In this document: positions 29,951-38,383 of the stretch, piece after piece | Numbering within the stretch: position 1 is the first letter of the stretch | Layout of the letters: each line of letters begins with the position of its first letter | From: an uncultured Gemmatimonadota bacterium | GTDB lineage: Bacteria > JAAXHH01 | Direction of reading: 5' to 3' | Assembly (NCBI GenBank): GCA_951812955.1 | Contig: OX638340.1 | Location: forward strand, 1,920,001 to 1,984,000 | Length of the DNA: 64,000 nt | Notes under the pieces: model-generated | The model's input: the letters and a program-made list of their open reading frames with translations, nothing else | What the model was told of the DNA's origin: nothing | Databases searched by the model: none | Program-made: the position numbers and the translations under genes

Positions 29951-30259
29951 TGCCTCGGGCTGAGCGTGGGATCTCCTCGAGCCGACTCAAGACTTTTTTT
30001 AACACATCGTTCTCCATGGTCAGTTGACCGACCTTGCGCTCAAGGGCCTAGGGTCCGGGCCTCGTCACTTACCGCCTTGCCATCCATTACCGGGGAAAGC
30101 GCGGTCGCCCTGGCGGCGAAGCTGCTGACGCCACCTGTGGATCAGCGTAGGATGGACCTGGTGTTCTCGGGCCAACTGGCTGATGGATTTGCCCGAATCG
30201 GCTTCCTGGAGAACCTGGAGCTTGAACTCGCGGGTGAACTGACGGCGTTTCAGGGACAT
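29951..30259 (-). pseudogene. IS3 transposase orfA (HTH), frameshifted
   Basis: 'MSLKRRQFTREFKLQVLQEADSGKSISQLAREHQVHPTLIHRWRQQL' then stop; leucine-zipper part 'ALERKVGQLTMENDVLKKVLSRLEE' continues in another frame. Confidence 0.65.
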
Positions 30260-30328
30260 GGGGTACCTCCTCGTTCAGAAGGAAGCTTAACTCACTGTCC
30301 CGGACAAGGGTGCAGTACACAGAACACG

Positions 30329-31252
30329 TTACAGAGGAAGTTTGTTGTAGCTGATTCCGAATCCAAACCGCACATCGTAAGAGCTCTGAGTCGGGACGGT
30401 GCTAAGCTCTTCGATATTCGAAGTATCGATCTTAGAGCCGCCCTGCATCGTCGGACCTTGACTTATATGAGCACCAAAGGTGAGCCAAGTAGACTTTCCG
30501 ATCTCCAAACTTGGACCGAAGATATATTCTAGAACCGTTCCCGGTTCGCCTCCGATTTCTGCGAGCGTTCCTAAACTCAAGTTTACATCCCAACCATTAC
30601 CAATCCGCAAAACGTGCGAATTAACAACGGTTCCTGGCATCACTTGGAAATCCGACCAACTTGTGAAGAAACCGACGCTAATAGAGAACGGGGACTCGCA
30701 AACGAACGTGACCAAAGGATACTCATTCTTCTTGGCGGCTTCGTTTTTCTCCCCGTCCTCATTATCTTGCGGGAACAAGTCGAAAACCACCAAGGTCCAC
30801 TCTTCTTTTCGAGATTTGAAGTCGCACTCGATCGACTGTGAGATTTCAGACTTGGTGCCCTTGTGCATCTCAATAGATGATTGAAGGTATCTTTTTAATG
30901 CCGTAATCTGATCGTTCGCTTGACTCCACTTACTTTCTGCTAATTCAATCTCTACAAGAGCACTGCCAGTCTGCGTCAACGCACTGTCAATCTGTGCCAA
31001 CAAAACACTGTCAGGTAATTGCAATGCACCGCCAAGTGCCTCCCTGTTGTTCCTATTTGCCAAGTTCATCAAACGATCCTGAAGGGAAACTTGGCGATCC
31101 TGAAGGGAAGATATCTGCGGCCAGTTTCCCTTCTCAATTTCACCTATGAGTTGACCGCTTCTGTATATCAGTGTGTCGCTTGGAAAATACATATTACTAA
31201 TATCAATGAAATCGCGCAGTTTCTTAATCTGATTAGAGGTTACTTGACGCAA
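30329..31252 (-). CDS. hypothetical protein (AT-rich foreign gene; coiled-coil N-terminus, beta-rich C-terminus)
   Basis: 307-aa ORF with markedly lower GC than surroundings; no recognisable motifs. Confidence 0.45.
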   Translation of the reverse strand: MRQVTSNQIKKLRDFIDISNMYFPSDTLIYRSGQLIGEIEKGNWPQISSLQDRQVSLQDRLMNLANRNNREALGGALQLPDSVLLAQIDSALTQTGSALVEIELAESKWSQANDQITALKRYLQSSIEMHKGTKSEISQSIECDFKSRKEEWTLVVFDLFPQDNEDGEKNEAAKKNEYPLVTFVCESPFSISVGFFTSWSDFQVMPGTVVNSHVLRIGNGWDVNLSLGTLAEIGGEPGTVLEYIFGPSLEIGKSTWLTFGAHISQGPTMQGGSKIDTSNIEELSTVPTQSSYDVRFGFGISYNKLPL

Positions 31253-31767
31253 GCTGTTAGCCTGGTTTTGTGCAACGTCGGTTTCTTAAGCAAAGAGGCG
31301 GTTTCTCTAAATAAAGAATCGATGCCTTCAGGCGGTGTGCCAACGTTGCTTATATTAAACGAGGAATTGACGTTTTGAAACACACTATCAGCCTGGATTT
31401 CATTCGTCATCTCCCATTGGCATAGCTGGCGCAGGTAGTTGAGCGTATTGGGGGCGTCAAGCGCCTCAACCTGACGGCGGATTTCGTATCTATAGCGAAC
31501 TAAGTTAAGATCCACTACTGTGATGGATGCTTTGTAATGAACTTGCACTTCACCATAGGAACCTTGGGGCCTTTGAAGGGAGTAAGTCAAATCTTGTCCG
31601 GCAGCTACCGGCATATCTGATCCGACAAACAACAGCACACCGGCGATGTGGAAAAGAGCATTTAATAGACGATACTTCGTCCGAGATCCCCGTGGTGGTC
31701 CTAAGGAAACGAGCGGTATTCCTGAAATGACGGTTCTCACGTTTCGGTTCTCCGACATCCCTTTCAT
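31240..31767 (-). CDS. hypothetical protein with N-terminal signal-anchor
   Basis: 175-aa ORF overlapping downstream gene by 13 nt (operon); hydrophobic segment 'LLNALFHIAGVLLFVGS'. Confidence 0.4.
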   Translation of the reverse strand: MKGMSENRNVRTVISGIPLVSLGPPRGSRTKYRLLNALFHIAGVLLFVGSDMPVAAGQDLTYSLQRPQGSYGEVQVHYKASITVVDLNLVRYRYEIRRQVEALDAPNTLNYLRQLCQWEMTNEIQADSVFQNVNSSFNISNVGTPPEGIDSLFRETASLLKKPTLHKTRLTACVK

Positions 31768-31849
31768 AAACGACCTCCTGTAATTGGCCTCAAAAACTGG
31801 ATCTCGTCAAAGGTGGATGTACCATAGCAGACAACCCGGCACGCGGAAG

Positions 31850-32245
31850 GCCGATGGTATGTTGAAAAGACGCAGACGGGCCCAGCGTCCGGTGCAAGTT
31901 TCAGGTGGCTCTCGAAGCGCTCATGGGACTGAAGGCCATCAGCCAGTTGGCCGCGGAGCATCAAGGCCAACACAATCAGATCACCAAATGGAAACGCCGG
32001 TTACTCGATGAGGGCGATCAAGTTTTTAACCACAGGCGACCGGTCCCGATGGCGTTCAAGATGCCATAGTGGACCAGCTCTACGAGCAGATCGGACGCTT
32101 GAAGATGGAACTGAAGTGGCTAAAAAAGTTGCCCTTTCAACGCGTCACAGACGCCTGATGATCGATGTCGATACGCCTCGGCTTTCCATACGCTGTCATT
32201 GCGAACTGATGGATCTTTCAAGGTCCAGCTTCTACCAAGAATAGG
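31850..32245 (+). mobile_element. fragment of a second IS3-family element (orfA remnant plus first ~20 codons of orfB), frameshifted and truncated
   Basis: Frames give 'KFQVALEALMGLKAISQLAAEHQGQHNQITKWKRRLLDEGDQVF', 'VDQLYEQIGRLKMELKWLKKL', 'LSIRCHCELMDLSRSSFYQE*'. Confidence 0.55.
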
Positions 32246-32273
32246 ACTTGCATAACATTAGCATGTCGGGCAG

Positions 32274-33062
32274 TTACAATGTATTACGGATCCTGTTCGC
32301 TATACACTTGAATACCCATTCATTAGGATGGAGTTCATCATCCCAGAAATTCTTGTAATGACCTGGACTGTTACTAAGAAGATCACGAACATCTACGTAA
32401 CGTACATAGTCATAGTTTACTGCCAACAACTGAAGCATTTCGTTGAACTTGTCTATCAGTACCTCCATCACCCTGGTAGCAAACCAAAGGTCATCGTGAC
32501 TTTTTTTAATATTGTATCCCTTTTTCCTGAATACCGGATAGAGCCAAGGCCCCTTTACCTTTATCCAAAACTTGAACTTGCGTCCATCGGGAACTGGGTG
32601 GCCATATCCATGGACGATTATCGGAATATCACTTTGGGGCCAATACACTAAACAAGCTCCCCTTATAACTTCGATAAGTTGCGAGTAGTAAGTACGAAGA
32701 TAGCAGAATATCATTTTCTGGACTTCATTCGTGTCTAACGCACTATTTACATCTGATGCTGATGTACGATCGTTAAGCATTTTCTTCAGCTTCTTTGTCA
32801 GATCATTGCCGCCACCGGAGAGGAGGACTGCTTTGGGTTTGCTATTGAGTTTGTGTAGTTTTTGTAGTTTTTTAAGAAGGGCTTTGTGTTGTTCTTGTGC
32901 ATAGGCCATATCCTTGAGCGTGTCACCGTGTTTAGCTACACTTCTCACTTTGTATCCCATGCCCCTTAACCCCTCTAATACATCATCAGCTTGATTTGTA
33001 GAGTTTGGCAAATCGAACCATGAATCACCCTCCGCTACCAAGATTGGTTTTTGATTTGGCAT
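32274..33062 (-). CDS. SGNH/GDSL-family hydrolase (AT-rich foreign gene)
   Basis: Block I 'VAEGDSWFD', block III 'GGGND', block V 'DELHPN'; low GC. Confidence 0.55.
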   Translation of the reverse strand: MPNQKPILVAEGDSWFDLPNSTNQADDVLEGLRGMGYKVRSVAKHGDTLKDMAYAQEQHKALLKKLQKLHKLNSKPKAVLLSGGGNDLTKKLKKMLNDRTSASDVNSALDTNEVQKMIFCYLRTYYSQLIEVIRGACLVYWPQSDIPIIVHGYGHPVPDGRKFKFWIKVKGPWLYPVFRKKGYNIKKSHDDLWFATRVMEVLIDKFNEMLQLLAVNYDYVRYVDVRDLLSNSPGHYKNFWDDELHPNEWVFKCIANRIRNTL

Positions 33063-33184
33063 GTTAGTTCTCCTCTATAGGTGGATTACTATAGGAACCT
33101 CTGATCAAGTCTACCCGCCCCGGGGAAGCTGATGTCACTCATCTTTCGCGGACGGTTTACGGTTAGATATTCAGATTGATTCCT

Positions 33185-33532
33185 TTAGTACAGATCGACC
33201 CGGAAGGCGCCTCGCGTCAAGGCCTCCTGCAGTCTCGTCTGGTGGCTGCGATGACGCGGATGTCCGATGATACTGCCCGGACGCTTCCCAAGGGACGATA
33301 GGTCTTCTCGGAGAGGACCCGCAGCGTGGATCGCCTTGGCGATCAGTTCCTTGCCGGCCCCCGTTTCGCCCGTGATCAATACGGGCATATCCTTTGATGC
33401 GTAACGGTAGGCTCTCGCCGGGATCCATTTCATCTCGTGGCTCCTGTGCTTGATCGCATCGAAGGCGCCGTGCGCTTCATGCCCTTGCGCTGGTTCCGGC
33501 GGATTCTGGCTCGTCATCAGGGAGTACGCCAT
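33185..33532 (-). pseudogene. fragment of a sigma-54-dependent transcriptional activator (start of AAA+ domain only)
   Basis: 'VLITGETGAGKELIAKAIH' Walker A of the sigma-54 interaction domain, then divergence and stop after about 115 aa. Confidence 0.5.
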
Positions 33533-33893
33533 GGTTGCTCCGGATTAAGGCAGGTAAACCTAGCAAAAATCGGACCCGGTATTTTCGTGTTTTTCATGTA
33601 AAGTGGTATGAATTACAATATGATGGAAAAAGAGTGACTTGTGTGTGAATTATCCGCTCAGCAAGAAGAATATTGCGCGAATTTTACGCATAGTGTATCA
33701 TATCGCCATCACGGCCAGCTCTCGATCGGCCTCCGGCGGGCATTCCAGCGCGTCCGCCCAACCTGAGCGTTTCACCCTCAGAAGGCGATCTATCCGGCCG
33801 GCCTCCGACGGGCGTTCCGGCGAGTCGACCTCCGGCCGCAGGAGCGCCGCATGCCGCAGGGATCACGGGCAAGGGTCACGGGCAAGGGTCACG

Positions 33894-33976
33894 GGAAGGA
33901 TGGATCTGTGACACGGAAAGGATGGACCGGTGAAGCGTGATACATCGGTGAAGCGTAAAGACGGACCGGGGCGGGA
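33894..33976. repeat. copy B of the ~85-bp imperfect direct repeat; overlaps the 5' end of the hybrid kinase gene
   Basis: ggatggatctgtgacacggaaaggatggaccggtgaagcgtgatacatcggtgaagcgtaaagacggaccggggcgg. Confidence 0.5.
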
Positions 33977-36305
33977 GATCGAGGCGCTGCGCGAACGCAT
34001 CTCGATGCTGAGCGCGGCAAGCCTGCGCATCAGCGCGAGCCTGGACCTGGAGACCGTCCTGCACGAGGTCATCAACAGCGCCCGCGCGCTGATCGAGGCT
34101 CGTTACGGCGGCATCGTCACCATCGACGAGTCCGGGCAGCCCCGGGACTTCATCACCTCCGGTTTCACCGACGCGGAGCACCGCCAAATGGCCGACTGGC
34201 CCGACGGGCCCAGGCTCTTCGAGCACTTCCGCGACCTCAAGGGCGTGCTGAGACTGCCGGATGCGCGCGCCTACGTGCGCTCGCTCGGCTTCGCCTCGGA
34301 CCGGCTGTCGTCCGGCACCTTCCTGGGCACCCCGATGCGCCATCGCGGCCTGCACGTCGGCAACTTCTATCTCGTCGAGAAGGAAGGCGGAGCGGAGTTC
34401 ACCAGCGAGGACGAGGAGATCCTGGTGCTGTTCGCCTCCCAGGCTGCGACGGCCATCGCCAATGCCCGCACGTACCAGGCCGAGCAGCGCGCCCGGGCCG
34501 ACCTGGAGGCCCTGGTCGAGACCTCGCCGGTGGGCGTCCTGGTCTTCGATGCCGGGACCGGCCGGCTCATGTCGTCCAATCAGGAGGCGAAGCGGATCGT
34601 GGAGGGCCTGCGCATGCCGGGCCGTCCCATGGAGGCGCTGCAGGAGGTGATCACCTGCCGGCGCGCCGACGGGCGCGAGATCGCACTGGAGAAGTTGCCC
34701 CTGTCGCAGGTGCTGAACCGCACCGAGACGGTCCGGGCCGAGGAGATGGTGCTCTCGGTCCCCGACGGACGAAGCGTCACGGCGCTGATCAATTCCACGC
34801 CGATCCACTCGGAGCAAGGCGCTGTCGTGTCCGTTGTGGTCACCATGCAGGACCTGGCGCCGCTACAGGAACTGGAGCGATTACGGGCGGAGTTCCTTGG
34901 CCTGGTGAGTCATGAGTTGCGCACCCCGCTCACGTCGATCAAGGGCTCGGCGGCCACGCTGCTGGATGCCGCCCCGAAACTCGACCCGGCGGAGATGCGC
35001 GAGTTCTGCCGCATCATCCTCTCGCAGGCCGATCACATGCGCGTCCTGATCAGCGACCTGCTGGACGCGGGCCGCATCGACACGGGCACGCTGTCGGTGA
35101 CGCCCGAGCCCTCCGAGGTCGCCGCCCTGGTGGACCGGGCGCGGACCACGTTCCAGAGCGGCGGCGGCAGGCACCCCGTACTGATCGACCTGCCGCCCGA
35201 TCTGCCACGGGTCATGGCCGACCGGCAGCGCATCGAACAAGTGCTGAACAACCTGTTCGCCAATGCCGCGCGGCACGCTCCCGAGTCCTCTCCCATCAGG
35301 GTCTCCGGGGCGCGCGACGGGGTGCATGTCGCGGTCACGGTACGCGACGAAGGCGCGGGAGTAGCGCCCGACCGGCTCCCGCATCTCTTTCGGAAATATG
35401 CCGGGCTCGAGGGCGGCGACCGCGAGTCCGGGGCTGCCGGCTCGGGGCTCGGTCTGGCCATCTGCAAAGGGCTGGTCGAAACTCACGGAGGGCGTATCCG
35501 GGCCGAAAGTCCGGGCATGGGCCAGGGCACGCGCATCACCTTCACGATCCCGGTAGCCGCCGAGGCCGCCGAGGCCGCCCGAGAGCCGGTTCGTACCGAC
35601 CCGCAAGACACCGGAGAAACTGGCGAGCCGACGCGCATCCTCGTGGTCGACGACGACCCGCAGACGCTACGCTACGTGCGCGAAGCGCTCACGGCGGCCG
35701 GCTACTCCGCGCTCGTGACCAGCAACCATGACGAACTGGCGAGCATTATACACGCCGAGCGACCCGAACTGGTCCTGCTGGACCTGCTGCTGCCCGGCAC
35801 GGACGGTATAGCGTTGATGGAACGCCTGCCCGAACTGGCCGAACTTCCGGTCATCTTCATCTCCGCCTACGGACGGGACGAGACCATCGCGCGGGCGCTC
35901 GATACCGGCGCCGCCGACTACCTCGTCAAGCCCTTCTCGACGACCGAGCTCGTGGCGCGGATCCGGGCGGCGCTGCACAGACGGGCCGATCCCGACCCCT
36001 TCGTGCTGGGCGAACTCGCCATCCACTACGATCGGCGAAGGGTGAGCACAGGCGGTGTACGGGTCGACCTCACCGCCACCGAGTATGAGCTGCTGCGCGT
36101 CCTCTCGCTCAACGCGGGACGGGTTTTGACCTTCGCCACCCTGATGCGCCAGGTCTGGGGTACGCGCGCCTACGCCAATCCGAAGCTCGTGCGCGCCTTC
36201 GTCAAGAAGCTCCGCCACAAGCTCGGCGACAATGCAGACAAGCCTATCTACATCTTCAACGAGCGCGGGGTCGGCTACCGAATGGCCCAGCCGGCCGAAT
36301 CGTAG
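33930..36305 (+). CDS. single-polypeptide two-component system: GAF-PAS-HisKA-HATPase_c-REC-OmpR/PhoB-type winged-helix DNA-binding domain
   Basis: H-box 'LVSHELRTPLTSI', G-boxes 'GSGLGLAICKGLVETHGG', REC 'ILVVDDDP...DLLLPGTDG...KPF', trans_reg_C 'VDLTATEYELLRVL...RGVGYRM'; very GC-rich. Confidence 0.8.
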   Translation: MKRDTSVKRKDGPGREIEALRERISMLSAASLRISASLDLETVLHEVINSARALIEARYGGIVTIDESGQPRDFITSGFTDAEHRQMADWPDGPRLFEHFRDLKGVLRLPDARAYVRSLGFASDRLSSGTFLGTPMRHRGLHVGNFYLVEKEGGAEFTSEDEEILVLFASQAATAIANARTYQAEQRARADLEALVETSPVGVLVFDAGTGRLMSSNQEAKRIVEGLRMPGRPMEALQEVITCRRADGREIALEKLPLSQVLNRTETVRAEEMVLSVPDGRSVTALINSTPIHSEQGAVVSVVVTMQDLAPLQELERLRAEFLGLVSHELRTPLTSIKGSAATLLDAAPKLDPAEMREFCRIILSQADHMRVLISDLLDAGRIDTGTLSVTPEPSEVAALVDRARTTFQSGGGRHPVLIDLPPDLPRVMADRQRIEQVLNNLFANAARHAPESSPIRVSGARDGVHVAVTVRDEGAGVAPDRLPHLFRKYAGLEGGDRESGAAGSGLGLAICKGLVETHGGRIRAESPGMGQGTRITFTIPVAAEAAEAAREPVRTDPQDTGETGEPTRILVVDDDPQTLRYVREALTAAGYSALVTSNHDELASIIHAERPELVLLDLLLPGTDGIALMERLPELAELPVIFISAYGRDETIARALDTGAADYLVKPFSTTELVARIRAALHRRADPDPFVLGELAIHYDRRRVSTGGVRVDLTATEYELLRVLSLNAGRVLTFATLMRQVWGTRAYANPKLVRAFVKKLRHKLGDNADKPIYIFNERGVGYRMAQPAES

Positions 36306-36388
36306 ACACCTTCTGTTTCCCGGCAAGGCGAGCAGGACGCGAAGAGCGGAGATCAGAGTCCCTCAGGGAAGGCAAAAGTCCGCAGCCT

Positions 36389-37201
36389 TTAAACCCGCTT
36401 CTTCCGACCCACCAGGACCAGGTTCGCCGGCATTTTCTCAAGCGGCGCGCCGCCCTCCCAGTCCTGGTTCCCGTCACCGTACTCCTCCACGGCCAGGAGT
36501 TCGCATCCACTCTCGATCAGCGCGCGGATCATGTCCGAAACGGTCCAGTGGAATTCATAACTGGGGAGCGGACTGGGCGGTCCTTGGCGTCCTTGCGTAC
36601 CGGACGGCCCCGCACCCTCGGGCAGTTCCTCTGACCGGTCATAGGTAAAGGGACCGTGGTCGAAGTAATGATATTCCTGTTTCAGCGGCCCGGCGTCGAG
36701 TTTCCATAGCCTGCGGAACGGATGGTACTCGTTGACCATGAAGAGTCCGCCGTGTTTGAGAATCCGGATTCCCTCGCCGTAGTAGCGCTGCAGGTCGGAC
36801 ACCCAGACAGCAACGTGGCCTCCCGTGTAAACGATGTCGAAATGATCGTCCGGCAGTTCGTGCAGATCAGTCACGTCAGCCTGGAGAAACCGGATCGAGA
36901 GTCCAAGCTCACCCGCTCTTCCGGCGGCGATATCCAGCTGGGTCTGCGATATATCCACGGAGGTGACCCGCGCCCCGGCACCGGCCAGGGCAAAGGCCGC
37001 CAGGTTGTCTCCGCTGCCGAGCACGCAGACGGACCTTCCGGATACCTCGCCGAGGTATTTCAATTCGACGGCGTCCAGCACAAGATGGATGTTGTCCGGG
37101 ATGCTCCGCCAGTCCACCCTGGCGTCGATCTCCGCCTGCCATCCGGCGGAAACGGCGTCCCAGCCCCTGCGATTCGCCTCGTGCATGGGATGCTGGCTCA
37201 T
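36389..37201 (-). CDS. class I SAM-dependent methyltransferase (paralog of 23302..24123)
   Basis: 'VCVLGSGDNLAAFALAGAGARVTSVDIS...FLQADV...ILKHGG' colinear with 23302 protein. Confidence 0.7.
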   Translation of the reverse strand: MSQHPMHEANRRGWDAVSAGWQAEIDARVDWRSIPDNIHLVLDAVELKYLGEVSGRSVCVLGSGDNLAAFALAGAGARVTSVDISQTQLDIAAGRAGELGLSIRFLQADVTDLHELPDDHFDIVYTGGHVAVWVSDLQRYYGEGIRILKHGGLFMVNEYHPFRRLWKLDAGPLKQEYHYFDHGPFTYDRSEELPEGAGPSGTQGRQGPPSPLPSYEFHWTVSDMIRALIESGCELLAVEEYGDGNQDWEGGAPLEKMPANLVLVGRKKRV

Positions 37202-37204
37202 TTA

Positions 37205-37375
37205 CTTAAATCCTCCCAGCGACATCGATCCGCCCAGAGCTCTCCCGATTCAGGCACGCTGGTTCAGGGCCCTCCCGGTTCAGGCTCTCCCGCTCAGGGC
37301 CCGCTCGAGTCAGGGTCCGCCTGGCTTGACCCAGGTACTCCCGACTCAGGCACGCAGCCTCAGGTCCGCGCGGCT
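37205..37375. repeat. degenerate tandem array of about 17-18-bp units (consensus CTCCCGNTTCAGGCNCG, about 9 copies) between two methyltransferase genes
   Basis: Seen directly: ctcccgattcaggcacg ctggttcagggcc ctcccggttcaggctct cccgctcagggcccg ctcgagtcagggtccg ... ctcccgactcaggcacg. Confidence 0.45.
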
Positions 37376-38157
37376 CAGACTCTCCTGGCTACCCACACTT
37401 GCTCATGTCCATGCCGGAACGGTCCGCGTCGGAAGTCGCCGTATAGTGCCTCGACTTCGTAGCCACATACTTCGAGGAGGTACTGCATTTCGAAACGGTG
37501 CACGTAGCGCAGGTGTAGCGGGGTGGCAGTCTTCGAAAGTACACGGCCCTCGTCGTCCACTTCCTCGAAGAACCGGTGTTCCTCCAGCGTCTGCTCCAAC
37601 GGATCGTACCGGCGCGTATCCGATACCATGACGCGGCGTCCCGTTTCAGGATGCACGATCGATTCCATGTAATTGATGGTACCGGAAGGTCTCGACATGT
37701 ACGCCGCGATGATCTCGATGCTCGGATCGAAGATGTTGAACACCAGGCGCCCTTGCTCCGTCAGGTGTTCTCGGATGCGGGTCAAGGCCCGCCGCTGGTC
37801 GTCGGGGGTCATCATGTGAAGGAACGCGCGGTACGGTATGATGGCCAGCGGGAAACGCCGTTCCAGGCTGAATGTCCGCATATCGCCTTCGACGATCTGA
37901 ATGCGCCGCTGTGTATCGTCCGGCAGCGCGTCGATCTTCCGACGCGCCACATCCAGCATCGCCGGCGCCCGATCCAGTCCGACGATGGACGTACCCGACT
38001 CGGCGATCGGGATCGTGATCCGGCCGGTTCCGCAACCGATTTCCAGCACGGGGCCGTCCGCCCTGGCGGCTTCTTCCACGTAGAATGCCTCGTCGCCTTC
38101 GAGCCCCGTCGAGTAGCTGTCGTATATCCCGGCGTCCGTCCTGTCGTATTCTGACAT
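37375..38157 (-). CDS. class I SAM-dependent methyltransferase
   Basis: Motif I 'VLEIGCGTGR', 'LTEQGRLVFNIF'. Confidence 0.7.
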   Translation of the reverse strand: MSEYDRTDAGIYDSYSTGLEGDEAFYVEEAARADGPVLEIGCGTGRITIPIAESGTSIVGLDRAPAMLDVARRKIDALPDDTQRRIQIVEGDMRTFSLERRFPLAIIPYRAFLHMMTPDDQRRALTRIREHLTEQGRLVFNIFDPSIEIIAAYMSRPSGTINYMESIVHPETGRRVMVSDTRRYDPLEQTLEEHRFFEEVDDEGRVLSKTATPLHLRYVHRFEMQYLLEVCGYEVEALYGDFRRGPFRHGHEQVWVARRV

Positions 38158-38383
38158 GTCCTGCCCTCCCGGAAAACTGGCTTTATCTTTGCCAAATCAC
38201 TTGTATGCGCAACGTCATTGCTACAGCACACCATGCTGGATGCAGGATACCCGCGATCCACTTCCAGCGTACCGAACTCGTTATACCAAATTATACCGGT
38301 TGATTTCGCTATTGTCCCGGTTTTACTTCAGTTGAAGTCTGCCCAATTGCCTACATCAGTCACGCCACGGCCAAGGATCATTT

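Larger units (their letters stand above)
29045..30319 (-). mobile_element. IS3-family insertion sequence, degenerate (about 1.27 kb) with terminal inverted repeats
   Basis: IRs TGTAGTGCACCCCAAAATGGGACAAGTAGTTAAGCT (29045-) and TGTACTGCACCCTTGTCCGGGACAGTGAGTTAAGCT (revcomp of -30319); orfA HTH and orfB rve core recognisable; A7G slippery site at 29994-30000. Confidence 0.8.
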
